A DNA stretch of 28,588 nucleotides from assembly GCA_964534625.1 (NCBI GenBank), contig CAZHRF010000041.1, positions 1 through 28,588 of the forward strand, given 5' to 3'. Below the pieces are notes generated by a model that made no database searches, had not been told where the DNA came from, and saw only the letters and a program-made list of their open reading frames with translations. The position numbers and the translations under genes are program-made. Below, in pieces: positions 8,768 to 19,300 of the stretch. Every line of letters begins with the position of its first letter. Within the stretch, counting starts at the first letter, position 1. This DNA is from an uncultured archaeon. Its GTDB lineage: Archaea > Asgardarchaeota > Heimdallarchaeia > Heimdallarchaeales > Heimdallarchaeaceae.

Positions 8768-10019
8768 GTTTATCTCTCCTTTTCTTGTATACACTAGTTA
8801 GAATAATTAAACTACTAATAACTAATAATGGTGAATAATTATAGTTTACTTGAAAATAATCTGAATCTTTTTGACTATCTAATGTTTCAGCCCTTGTTTT
8901 AACCCAAACATCTGGGATCCTATCTAAAACTTCTCCACTAGAGGGTACACCAAATCTGGGAACGGTAATATTGATTGAAACCCCAAGGTCTGAATCAAAT
9001 ACTTCATTCATTTTTAATTGGATATCATGATCATTAAGAAGCGTTTCATTTCCCGGACGAAAACCATAATCCATAGCTTGTAATTGTCTTTCTTTAGAAA
9101 GCAAGAATTCTTTGAATTCTCTAGCTGCTAATAATTGTTTCTCTGATACCCAAGTAGCATCAAAAATAACCAATGGATGATCGGACCAAAGAGTACCTTC
9201 ATCTGGATACACAGCAACTATTTTCTCTCCCCATTTTGCTTCAGCTTCACCATCTTTGGCTGTTTCCATAATTAGACTTTCATAGACAATAATAACATTT
9301 AAACCCGAAGGACCTAAATTTGCAGCCTGTTTAGCCAAAAAACCTGTAGAACTCCCATAGAGAACAGCAGCAGATTCTACTTGTCTCACCCATTCTTGGA
9401 CAGTTTGATTCTCTAAATCGTCCATAATAATATCTTGAGGTTTTTTGTTAGCTGCAGCAGCAATTTTTAATAATACTGCCATATAACCAGAATTTGATTC
9501 TTGTGCTGAAGTATGAGCAAGTCTTAAATCTGTTTTGGATAACTCATAAAGATCTTGCCATGAAGATAAGTTGTGGTCTTGAATGTAGCTCTCCCATGTT
9601 CCAATAACTATGGGAGAAGAAACTAAGGTTGAAGATGCATTAATATCAATTATAGTTGTATCAAATTTTTGTTTCCAAGCATAATCAAAAAGAGGAAGCC
9701 AAACACTTGATGCTGGACTCCAAATAACTGGTTTCGATTCGCCACTCAAAATAGAAATCATAGATGTGCGCGTACCTGTAACTTCAAACCGCAATCGTAC
9801 ATCTAAACCAGGATTGCGAGATTGAAACCAAGGAGAAAAATCATTAGCAATAGAATTAATCCATCCACGCTTTTCACTTGTGTAAAGAATGTGAAGATCA
9901 ATTCTGTCTTCTTGTCTGGTAAAAACATCTCGCCTAATACAATCTAAAGTGATAATTGTAAGAATTAGAAAGGATACAAGTAATATACCACGAAGTCTTT
10001 TGAACAAACTTTTCTTCAT
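8757..10019 (-). CDS. Extracellular solute-binding protein with N- and C-terminal TM anchors
   Basis: SEKRGW, PVIWSPASSVW, SPIVI, HTSAQESNSG, SSTGFL, VYPDEGTLWSDHP, GFRPG. These resemble the SBP family often fused to vWA domains. First gene of the ABC operon. Confidence 0.85.
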   Translation of the reverse strand: MKKSLFKRLRGILLVSFLILTIITLDCIRRDVFTRQEDRIDLHILYTSEKRGWINSIANDFSPWFQSRNPGLDVRLRFEVTGTRTSMISILSGESKPVIWSPASSVWLPLFDYAWKQKFDTTIIDINASSTLVSSPIVIGTWESYIQDHNLSSWQDLYELSKTDLRLAHTSAQESNSGYMAVLLKIAAAANKKPQDIIMDDLENQTVQEWVRQVESAAVLYGSSTGFLAKQAANLGPSGLNVIIVYESLIMETAKDGEAEAKWGEKIVAVYPDEGTLWSDHPLVIFDATWVSEKQLLAAREFKEFLLSKERQLQAMDYGFRPGNETLLNDHDIQLKMNEVFDSDLGVSINITVPRFGVPSSGEVLDRIPDVWVKTRAETLDSQKDSDYFQVNYNYSPLLVISSLIILTSVYKKRRDKHDY

Positions 10020-10093
10020 TATGCGGTAAAAAGAAAGCACCTATATAAAATCTAAGGTGAAATAAAAAATAGCTCCATAAAGACTATATATAA

Positions 10094-10160
10094 ATGAACT
10101 AGCCCCCCCTCAAGAAGTGGATTTTCTGGCTAGGTAAGATAAAAGAAGAAAATGAAGATA
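10094..10160 (-). mobile_element. Short IS605-type right-end remnant, family B copy 1
   Basis: Minus strand CCTAGCCAGAAAATCCACTTCTTGAGGGGGGGCTAGTTCAT: a hairpin followed by TAGTTCA. Shares ATGAACTA...TTCTGGCTAGG with 22879-22918. Confidence 0.6.
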
Positions 10161-10194
10161 AGAAGTTCTTATAGCGCAATTATAGCTAATAGAA

Positions 10195-11043
10195 TCATTT
10201 CAAATACTCAAGCATTGCTTTTGCACCTTGAGCAGCTGATACCAATAATTGAAAGGTTTTATACGCTTCTACCATACTTTCTGCCATATATTCAATTGTT
10301 AAACCATCTAAACGAATAGAATTAGGTAGAAATTCTGCAATGTCAGCTAAATGGCTGGATTGAAAAGTTATAGTCATCTTGATAGGTTTATCAACGACTA
10401 AGGCTTTAACTTCATGATTATGAAAATTTTTAATTGCATTACGTGTTCCTTGTTGTAGTTTTTCTTTTATTAACTGCATACTCGGGCTTATAGCAGAAAG
10501 GCGACTAAATGAATGTTTAAAAGAAACTCGTTCAGCCCACGGAGCAAAAGGTTCTACATCGTCTATAAGGAGTCTTTCATCACCAGCGACAAGAATAACA
10601 GGAATATCATATTCACCAGCTGTATAAGCATTGAGAAGAAACTCACTAACAGGAACACCATTAACTAAAACTTGATGGATGGTTCCACCACTATACGTGT
10701 GATCAAATGTAGATCTGGCTGTACCAAATTTGGCATGATAACCTAAAAACAATGCAGCATCACAGTTTTCTATACCCGCTACCATGCTAATAGGGCGGGG
10801 ATTCCCTCTTACAATCTGACAATACTTGGGTAAGTTGTCGATTTCAATATTGACCATCGGTCCATGACTATCAGCAATTATAATTTCATCAAAACCATTA
10901 TCATGTAATGTTTCTGCAGTAAGATAGGTAACTTGAGTTGCAATTTTTCGTGCTTCTTTGTATAAAGAACCCTTCAAACTTAAATGAGCTGGTACAACAA
11001 CGTGAGGTAAACCTTCAAGATCCACAGATATAAATGCTTTCAA
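10195..11043 (-). CDS. dppA: D-aminopeptidase, peptidase family M55
   Basis: FISVDLEG, ADSHG, FLGYHA, DHTYS, VILVAGD motifs. TTG start with GGTGA RBS. Confidence 0.93.
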   Translation of the reverse strand: MKAFISVDLEGLPHVVVPAHLSLKGSLYKEARKIATQVTYLTAETLHDNGFDEIIIADSHGPMVNIEIDNLPKYCQIVRGNPRPISMVAGIENCDAALFLGYHAKFGTARSTFDHTYSGGTIHQVLVNGVPVSEFLLNAYTAGEYDIPVILVAGDERLLIDDVEPFAPWAERVSFKHSFSRLSAISPSMQLIKEKLQQGTRNAIKNFHNHEVKALVVDKPIKMTITFQSSHLADIAEFLPNSIRLDGLTIEYMAESMVEAYKTFQLLVSAAQGAKAMLEYLK

Positions 11044-11093
11044 TATTTTTCACCATAAAGAAATATTCTAGAAGAAATTTAAGTGTATCCCAA

Positions 11094-11275
11094 TTAAATA
11101 CCATTGCTGACAGGTAGATGGTTTCTTGTTTCATGGAAGGAGCCCCACCATCAGAGATTTTACACTTCTAAACCCGCGTCGTCTATTAGTAGAAAACGTT
11201 TTGTATATTTAAAGTTGGTATATTTTACTTCTTTTCATCCCTACCTTGAAGGACGGGGTTTTCAAGAAGAAGTTC
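11094..11275 (-). mobile_element. Non-autonomous IS605 miniature (left end + omegaRNA-like 3' segment + degenerate right end), no ORF
   Basis: Left end is 44/48 identical to 521-568, with weaker similarity continuing about 35 nt inward. The minus strand then reads ...CTCCTTCCATGAAACAAGAAACCATCTACCTGTCAGCAATGGTATTTAA, resembling tnpB 3'-end/right-end sequences. Confidence 0.7.
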
Positions 11276-11402
11276 TGGTAAAACGAAAAAAAATTGAAAT
11301 GAACATAAAGAAAAATTAGTTCGGGTAACATAATAGCTTTGTTTTTTTTACTTTAGTTGAGTAAATAAATATATTAAAAAGAAATTTCTTTTGTGAATAA
11401 TT

Positions 11403-14381
11403 ATGAAATCATTCTATTTGAAGAAAAAATCAAATATTATTATGGGATTGGTGATTGTAATTTTAATTACAGTTATCAGTTTTCGAACTCTGTTTGCTTT
11501 TCCCAATGCTACAGACTCTATTACTATTAAAAATGCCACAGATATTCCAATTATTGGTATTCCCACTACTTCACCTGGCTCTCCAAGTACAAATGAAACC
11601 ACTATAATTTCGTGCCCAATTAATGATCCTGATGGTGTCAAGAATGCTACATTATTTTGGCAATATTCATCAATCAATTCGACCATATTTAATACTTCAA
11701 TGGTTGAAAGTGATATACTAATTCTTGATACGACAGAGTTTAATCGTACTGGATATATTACTTCAACGGGAGTAGAGACAACTGATAGTACCGAAAGAAA
11801 ATTTGGCGAATTTATGTATACATCTGCTGGCGAATCAGCACTTAATAAGATTGATACAAGTATTAATCGACCAGGTCCAACAAGTCTGATCTATGTGAGA
11901 ATTGAAGGAAAAAATATATCAACCAATGAATGGGAAATACTAGTTGAAGAAGGTTCATATGCCTCAACTACCGATTTAAGTGCAGTTAATTATGTTAATG
12001 ATGTAGATCTATTTCTTGGCTACAAAATTTATGCAGTAACTTACAGATCGGAACCTCAAGACCCATTACAACCAAATATCGACAAATTAGAACTATACCA
12101 ACAAGTATATTCTGCTGATATTCCTGGTGCTTCAGGTCCTTCAAAAATTGATTATTATGTAACTAGTTATAATAATTTAAACGAGTCAACAACGAGCGAG
12201 ACCTATTCATTTCTTATGGATTATCAACCAATAGTACAAATTCATAATCCCCCTTCTGTATTGGCAGGAGATGGCAATATACACACGTTAAATGTGTCTG
12301 TAACAGATTTAGATGGAGTTTACTATATTAACAATAATAGCGTGATCCTATATTATAGGATCGAAGAAAAAGAAACATGGTCCAGTATAACCTTAATAAA
12401 ACAAGAGGATGGATCTCATAATCTAACGACGGTCTATTTCGAAGGCAATATTTCTGGTAATCTTGAAGATTCTGTAACCACTACGTTATATCTTCAAGTA
12501 AATGCCACAAACTTGCTCTATGATTATACTACTGGAAGAACAGGTTATTCAGCTATCGAAGAAGTTATACTTGATAGTTTACATCCGCAAGTAGCTAAAA
12601 TAGAATTAGATGGGGATTATTCAGCTATTGGTTTAGAAAACATTACAACAATAGATACTAATATTACTGTAATAGCTAATTTTACCGATCCAAGTGGTAT
12701 AAAAGAAGCAAATATCTACTATGCTATGCCAAACACAACAGAATTTATTAAACTAGCAATGGTTAATACAACAAATATTTTACCTGAAGAAATTTCGTTA
12801 ATTTTTAATGCGACTCTACCTTACACTAATGAAACAATGTTTGTTGAGTATTTCTTTGAGACCGAAGATTTCCTTGGGAATAGAGGAAACACAAGTGTAA
12901 ATTGGTACTATGCTGATGGAGAAGCCCCCGTTATATCTGCTCTACGTATTTATCCTGATTATATTGCTAACTTTACAGAAGTTGCTATTTTATTTAATGC
13001 TACTGACTTTTCTGAATTTCAAGATGGGTTACTCTGGTATTCATTTGACGAAGAGACGTGGATGAACAAGGTAGTTGAGGCTATTGATTATGATCTGTTC
13101 GTAGACTACAATGAAATATTCGCTGCTGCTAATTTGCCTTATCTAATCGAAGATAATACGACGCGTTCAGTTTATTTATATGTGGCAAGGAATGGTAAGG
13201 TTGACACAGCAGTATTAAATGTTGACATAACACATGAAAACCCAACTGATTTAAGAATCTGGTTAAAAACTCAAGATGGAAGAGAATTTCTGATTTATGA
13301 TCGTTCACCTAATACTAATAGTTTTAACATAGAAGTTGATATGATCAAACTAGGATTAACACAGAAGGATTTTACTTCGATGAACTTCACCCTACGAATG
13401 ACCGATTATTCAGAGTACTATTCTGGGATGTTAACAGCGTTTAATATTCAGCTAAAACATCATAGTATCCCCCTAGGCTATCAATTTTTAGAAACCATTC
13501 CCCAGTCAGTAAATGATACTGATGTTCAATTCTATTTGACTTTAACAGACCAACTAGGAAACGTAGCCAATTCAAGCATATACACGTATTATGCAGATGG
13601 CATGGTTCCTAATATCACCCTTTCTAATATTAGTTCTCCATTAAATGTTGAAGGTGCTAGATATGTTACAATTACAGCTGAAATAATTGATCGTTCTGGC
13701 ATAAATGGAGCTGAATTATATTACAAGTATAAAGAGAAAGACAATTGGATTATTCTTTCTATGAATTATAATTCTAGTTTAGGGCAATATTATGCCAATG
13801 TTCCTCTTATTAATGAATCCGGAACGATTTACTATAAAGTACGTGCATTTGACATGGTTGGTTTTGTAGCTGAAACTAATATGACGAGTTTTGAGCATGA
13901 AAGAGGACTTGCCCCGATAATTGAACTAGTTGATGTGCCTTATCCTTCACCTTATGATCTAGAAGGAAATAAGACTATAACTATACGAGCCAATATTACA
14001 GATAATAGTAATTTTACAGCTACACTATACTACAGATTTGAAGAAAAAGAAGGATGGACTCAAATCCTTATGAAACTTGATCCAGAAACAGGATTATATT
14101 ATGCTATAGTTGAGATAGAACAAAGTGAAGGAATTCTATACTTCAAAATATCTGCAATTGATGAATCTGATTTGGAAACGGAAACTGATCTGATTGTTAT
14201 TGAATATATTAATGGAGGGAAGACTGTTAATCCCCTAGTATATATTATTGGGGGCGCTATCGGAGGCACACTCGCCCTAACTGGTTTAATCGTAGTTCTA
14301 ATTAAGAAAGGTATGTTCAAAAAATTAAAAGGCAATCCTTCTACTAAATCTAAATCCAGCTTTAAATCAAAAACACCTTAA
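11403..14381 (+). CDS. Large cell-surface glycoprotein: about six Ig/Fn3-like modules, an inserted proprotein-convertase P-domain, C-terminal TM
   Basis: Signal/TM at the N-terminus. Recurring (I/V/F)xDxxG(V/I)xxAxLYY ... Y(Y/F)xxxxDxxGN modules. P-domain pattern VDITHENPTDLRIWL...FTLRMTD...GMLTAFNIQL. Many N-x-S/T sequons. C-terminal TM followed by a Lys-rich tail. Confidence 0.75.
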   Translation: MKSFYLKKKSNIIMGLVIVILITVISFRTLFAFPNATDSITIKNATDIPIIGIPTTSPGSPSTNETTIISCPINDPDGVKNATLFWQYSSINSTIFNTSMVESDILILDTTEFNRTGYITSTGVETTDSTERKFGEFMYTSAGESALNKIDTSINRPGPTSLIYVRIEGKNISTNEWEILVEEGSYASTTDLSAVNYVNDVDLFLGYKIYAVTYRSEPQDPLQPNIDKLELYQQVYSADIPGASGPSKIDYYVTSYNNLNESTTSETYSFLMDYQPIVQIHNPPSVLAGDGNIHTLNVSVTDLDGVYYINNNSVILYYRIEEKETWSSITLIKQEDGSHNLTTVYFEGNISGNLEDSVTTTLYLQVNATNLLYDYTTGRTGYSAIEEVILDSLHPQVAKIELDGDYSAIGLENITTIDTNITVIANFTDPSGIKEANIYYAMPNTTEFIKLAMVNTTNILPEEISLIFNATLPYTNETMFVEYFFETEDFLGNRGNTSVNWYYADGEAPVISALRIYPDYIANFTEVAILFNATDFSEFQDGLLWYSFDEETWMNKVVEAIDYDLFVDYNEIFAAANLPYLIEDNTTRSVYLYVARNGKVDTAVLNVDITHENPTDLRIWLKTQDGREFLIYDRSPNTNSFNIEVDMIKLGLTQKDFTSMNFTLRMTDYSEYYSGMLTAFNIQLKHHSIPLGYQFLETIPQSVNDTDVQFYLTLTDQLGNVANSSIYTYYADGMVPNITLSNISSPLNVEGARYVTITAEIIDRSGINGAELYYKYKEKDNWIILSMNYNSSLGQYYANVPLINESGTIYYKVRAFDMVGFVAETNMTSFEHERGLAPIIELVDVPYPSPYDLEGNKTITIRANITDNSNFTATLYYRFEEKEGWTQILMKLDPETGLYYAIVEIEQSEGILYFKISAIDESDLETETDLIVIEYINGGKTVNPLVYIIGGAIGGTLALTGLIVVLIKKGMFKKLKGNPSTKSKSSFKSKTP

Positions 14382-14409
14382 TCTTTTTCTTTCCTTCACT
14401 TTTTTTTTA
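14382..14409 (+). terminator. Oligo-T tract, likely archaeal intrinsic terminator
   Basis: Pyrimidine/T-rich run immediately after the stop codon, between convergent genes. Confidence 0.45.
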
Positions 14410-14464
14410 TCATTGCTTAGCCAGAAGATCCAAATATAGATATTCAACTCTAAATAAAAAAAAA

Positions 14465-16051
14465 TTAATGGTAAATATTTTCCTCTTCATATATCTCTGT
14501 TTTATATTTGTGTTTTGTAATTAAAATGAAGGGTAAAACAAAAAGGAGGGTAAATCCTACGCTAAAAAATAGCATCCAAAAATAGTTGGGTCCTCCATCA
14601 TAGTAATAGATAACCCCTAGAAAATCCAAAAATGAAAAGACACCTAAACCAGAAAAGATAAGCCCAAAGAAAGAAAATATTACCGACCACCGAATCAATG
14701 GTAGTTTTTTATTCCACCCTTCATATCCTCCTAAAATTATCCCTCGTGTGGCTGCAATCACCATGAAAGGGGATATTAGTCCTGCAAAAATCAAGAAAAA
14801 TGGTGCATGCCATAGTTTGAGAGGGAAGAAATGGCTCTGTTTAAAATAGATTGTAGTAGCTGTAAATCCTAATAAATACACTGTGAAAATGATTGTTGGA
14901 AGTAAAATAATTGCAAGATGATCCAAACCTGCCGCTCTAAATACTTTCATCTTAAATCCGTACATAAATGCATATATTATACTTAGAAAATAAAAAGAAG
15001 TTAATCCCAGAATTAAGGTGGCTGAAAAAAACAAATCGAGTGCTTGTCGTATTCTCATTTTACTAGTTGTGCCTTCTTTTACATGGTAGCTGAACACGCT
15101 TGTATGTCCAGTCGTCCAACGAAATGTCTGAGATATTTGATGTTCAATTGTATCTGGTAAAAGAGACATTGAAGCTATTTCGTCTAGATAATACCCTTGC
15201 TTTCCTTTTGAAATTAAATTTATTGTATGTGCAAAATCTTCAATTAGATGCCCTTCCGGAAGTTTTTGGATAAATTCTTGCCTGAAACAAGCTGATGACC
15301 CTTGAAATAGAACAGTACCCAAAGTATCTGTGCGACGGGCATTTTGGCTACAGAATAGTTGAGAAACGAACATAGCACTATAAACATGTAATAGATTATT
15401 GTTATTCCTGAATCCATATTTAGCTTGAACGAAAGCATATTCAGGGTGTTGATCTAAAATTGCCACGAATTTCTTAAGAATTAAGTTAGTAGGAACATGA
15501 TCAACATCAAAAAAGGCTATGTATGGGGAATCAATTTTAGGTAAAACTAAATTAATCATTCCAGCTTTGAGTTTTTTATTATCTTCATAATAATAGGTAA
15601 ATCCATACTTGAGAGTTAATTCTTTAGCTTTTTCTCTTAATCTCTCATTTGTGCTGTCGTCTGCTACCCATACTTCAAAATTGGGATACTCTTGCTCGCT
15701 TAATCCTTGCAAGGTTGCCTCTAAGATATCCGGAACAACATTATGGATAGGAACAATCACGGAGATTTTTTTCTCACCTGTAACTTGAGATAGGTCATAA
15801 GATACTTCGCCTACACCTAACATGCCATCAACAAGCTGAACAAGAAAATAAATTGAATAAATAGGACCAATCATTTCAATTAATAATCCCAAAATATTTA
15901 GAATAAAGCCTCCCATATCGAACCATGTAACATGGATAACTAGTGAATAAAAAGAACTAATAAAATATGCGATTATGATTGTAAACAAAAAATAGCCAAA
16001 AATGTGATTAATCTTACTCCACATTTCTTTTTTCTTTTTTTTAATCTCCAT
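14465..16051 (-). CDS. Family 2 processive glycosyltransferase (cellulose-synthase-like, BcsA/NdvC type)
   Basis: VADDS, KAG, FDVDH (DxD), IED, QTFRW (QxxRW); 2 N-terminal and about 5-6 C-terminal TM helices. Confidence 0.88.
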   Translation of the reverse strand: MEIKKKKKEMWSKINHIFGYFLFTIIIAYFISSFYSLVIHVTWFDMGGFILNILGLLIEMIGPIYSIYFLVQLVDGMLGVGEVSYDLSQVTGEKKISVIVPIHNVVPDILEATLQGLSEQEYPNFEVWVADDSTNERLREKAKELTLKYGFTYYYEDNKKLKAGMINLVLPKIDSPYIAFFDVDHVPTNLILKKFVAILDQHPEYAFVQAKYGFRNNNNLLHVYSAMFVSQLFCSQNARRTDTLGTVLFQGSSACFRQEFIQKLPEGHLIEDFAHTINLISKGKQGYYLDEIASMSLLPDTIEHQISQTFRWTTGHTSVFSYHVKEGTTSKMRIRQALDLFFSATLILGLTSFYFLSIIYAFMYGFKMKVFRAAGLDHLAIILLPTIIFTVYLLGFTATTIYFKQSHFFPLKLWHAPFFLIFAGLISPFMVIAATRGIILGGYEGWNKKLPLIRWSVIFSFFGLIFSGLGVFSFLDFLGVIYYYDGGPNYFWMLFFSVGFTLLFVLPFILITKHKYKTEIYEEENIYH

Positions 16052-16101
16052 TGCACTCAAATGAAATCTTCAGAAGGTTATTATAAACTTTATTTAATGA
16101 A

Positions 16102-16362
16102 TAGTACTTCCGAATTAACCCTTATTTCCCACCTCCTTGCTGAATGAGCAGACATAAACGCGTTCTAAAAACATAAAGCGTGAGTGAAGATTCTGATTGG
16201 ACAAACACCACCAAGGTTTCGTGTAGTGGTAAACAAGGAGGAAAAACGCCAAGGCGTAAGCCAATGCATCCCCAAACTTTTTTCCTGTAGGGTAAAACGT
16301 GCAAGAACGTTACAGATGGTGACTTGGTAGTTGGTCTGGTTAACTCCCGACAAAAAGACTAG
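16102..16362 (-). mobile_element. Probable degenerate IS remnant (ISH3/IS4-like transposase C-terminus plus terminal sequence)
   Basis: GC-richer than its flanks. Frames give ELTRPTTKSPSVTFLH, then a hydrophobic ALAYALAFFLLVY and TLYVFRTRLCLLIQ, reminiscent of the ISH3 transposase RxxTxSxxxxxRL..hydrophobic tail. Ends in GGGTTAATTCGGAAGTACTA. Confidence 0.35.
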
Positions 16363-19300
16363 TACCGAAAAATAGAGAAGGGAGAAAGATGTAACGGAGT
16401 CATGAAAGTAATTACTAAAATAGACAATACAAAACAAGGTGAACCTGAACAAGCAAAAGAGTATAAAGACAAAGTAAAGGAATTAGTTAAAACATTTAAA
16501 AGTATCACCAAGGAGATGAAAACGGAAGGAATATATGGTTCAAAGATATATCAACAATTTGAGAACATAATAAAGGCGGAGGGGGATGGAAAAAGATTAT
16601 CAAAGATATAGAAGATGCTAATCCTGGTCTTGGAAATTTCTTTAGAGATATACAAGTAAAGATGTTTCAACAAATGGATCTTGCACCTAAGAATCTTGGT
16701 CCTAAATATGCAGAACATGAACAAAAAGTAATAGAATTTATTCATGCCATGTTAATTCTAAACAATGATCCAGTTAAAGATGGATTAATAGAGAATGCTC
16801 AAAGAGAAGTAAATAACCAATTTGATGCGAATGGCAGAGTTTTAACTACTTTATCTTCATGGTTAAAAATGGTTATTGATGAACAAGGGAAGGTTACAGA
16901 TATAGTTTTTAGAGATGGAAACGAAAAGAACTTTGACGGAGAAAATGCTGATTCAGTAAAAGTTGAGGATTTATTTAGAAATTATGATAAAGTAAGAGAA
17001 GAAAGTAGTGTGACAGGAGCAGATGCAGTTACCATAGGTGAAATGGTATATAGATATGTAGATGCAGATGGAGCGATTAAATATGCTTCTTTCAAATGTT
17101 TTGTACAAGAAGAAATGAAACATTATTGGTCAAAATACCAACCAACAATTAAAACATCTAATTTGATAACAGAAGATAGAATAGCAGATACAAAATCTAT
17201 TGAGGTTTTAAGAGATATAGGCCTGTTTAGTGACCAAACTATAAAACGTTACAATGGAATAACAGATGACGTAATAGAGAAAAAATATGAAGTGGTTAAA
17301 ACGTATCAAACACCTGGAGGAGGAGTAATAAATGTCCGTAATGTTATTGAAACATTCCAGAAAGCATATAATATTTATCCCGATGACGAAGGAACATATC
17401 TAACCGCGAGTGAATTTCTTAACAAACTAACTATTCGTGGGAATGAATTAGGGGTTGATCTTGTAACAACTTTTAAAAAAGCAATAATGGAAGCTAACAT
17501 AAAAGCCATGTGGCAAGGTGAGGTGGCTCTAAAAACAGATGAAAATGGATTGGTGATTATTGACGGTACGTTGTTTAGTATAAAATCAGAAAAGGATTCA
17601 CTTGGAAATTTCGATAAAAGAACAATAGATTTAGATACACCTACAAATACCAAGGCAGAAGAGTATGTTGCATATACCCAAATATTTGGAGGGTTGAAAA
17701 ATAAAGATGGCCAAACGATAGATATAGATGATGATAGTGTAAAATTATCTCAATATTCTATGTTTTACAAAGAAAAAATGAATGGAGAAAATGCAGAAAT
17801 AACAACATCTAATGTTATTACTTTAAAAATAGGAGACGAAACATATTATGCAAGTCCTGCAATATTTTATAATGAAAAACACAAGAATTTCTATACTCTT
17901 ACTCCCGATGGAAGTGTCATTGAAGCAGATAACTTTAAAGAACTAAAAGAAGCGATAGAAAACTATCTTACAAATGAAAATATTTTAACTATAGAAGATT
18001 TCTATACTAAAGGGTTGTTACTTAGTTCTTTAGTATGCGAAGAAGCTGGTTTTACTCTGAAAGGACATGTCAATTTGGCTTTATATCGGTTACAACAATT
18101 AGTACTTCATGGAGGTGAACTAAATACATTTGGAGAAAAAAATTCTAGGATAACTATTCATAATAGTATAAAAAACGCAAACCAACATCTTCCACTTGAT
18201 ATAGCTTATCTAAATTCGTTTTTGGTAAATAGAAATACATATAGAGATCTTAGAACTACTGTCAAGAAGTATACTGATGGATGTACAGAACATTATATGA
18301 AATATAAACGATTACAAACGGGATTATTGAAGACAGAAGAATGGGACAGTATAAAAATTGGCGATGAGGAATGGAGAGCATTGATGGGAGGAGTGGATAT
18401 GGTACACATGAATGCAGGATTAGGGTTGTTAACACCAGAAGGGTTATCCGAAACAGAACATAGATTTTCTCCATGGGGAGCCGAGTATAGGAAGAGTTTA
18501 AATGACATCATGAACGATAAAAACACTAATTGGAAAAATTTAGGTATAGCAGAGCAAGCATCGAATAGGTTAATAGATCTTATGGCCAGATATGTGACAG
18601 ACGGAACGATGAAAAGAAGAATAATAGGTATAACAAGTGGCAAAGAAAGTCTAGTTGATAAGAAATTTGTAGAAGTGGGAAAAAGTAAAAAGATAGATTT
18701 AGGTAATGATGAAACAATAAATATATATGATATAGCTAACTTAAAAGAGGTTTTCCCCAAAATAGATAATGGGAAGTTGAAATATGAAACAAGAATAGAT
18801 GGGTATTATATGTATATTACTGCTGAGCACGATGGAAATGTTTTATATCTAAAAGGGAGTGAACTAAAACATGTACAATTTATTGAAACGTATATAGACA
18901 AATATAAAGAAGTTAAAGAGGGGAATGTAGAGGACTTTAAAACTTGGTTAAATGAACCATGTGGATTCAATCAAGAGCATACCAATAAAGATTATGTCTT
19001 GCTTATAGATGAAGCAATAAGAAGAGCAACAGGTGAGGATAAAGTGCAAACGGGAGTAGTTATAAAAGATGAAAGAGGTCTTCCTAGGGCACCTTATCTA
19101 CCAATAGGAATGTTAAAATACGGTGATATGACCTATTTGAAGCTAAAAAGTAATGCTAAAAGTTTGTTAGACCAGATGTTTATTAAAGATATAGATGTCT
19201 TTTACACGCAGTCATCGAGTAATATGAAAGGGGAATTACGGGCTAATGTCTTGAAAAAATATACGGGAATAATAATTGATCCACAAGATAGTGGGACAAA

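Noticed and set aside
11104-11319. 71-aa ORF sharing FHPxxxGRGFQE with the 406 ORF
   Set aside because: The peptide similarity is simply translation of the repeated IS left-end hairpin.
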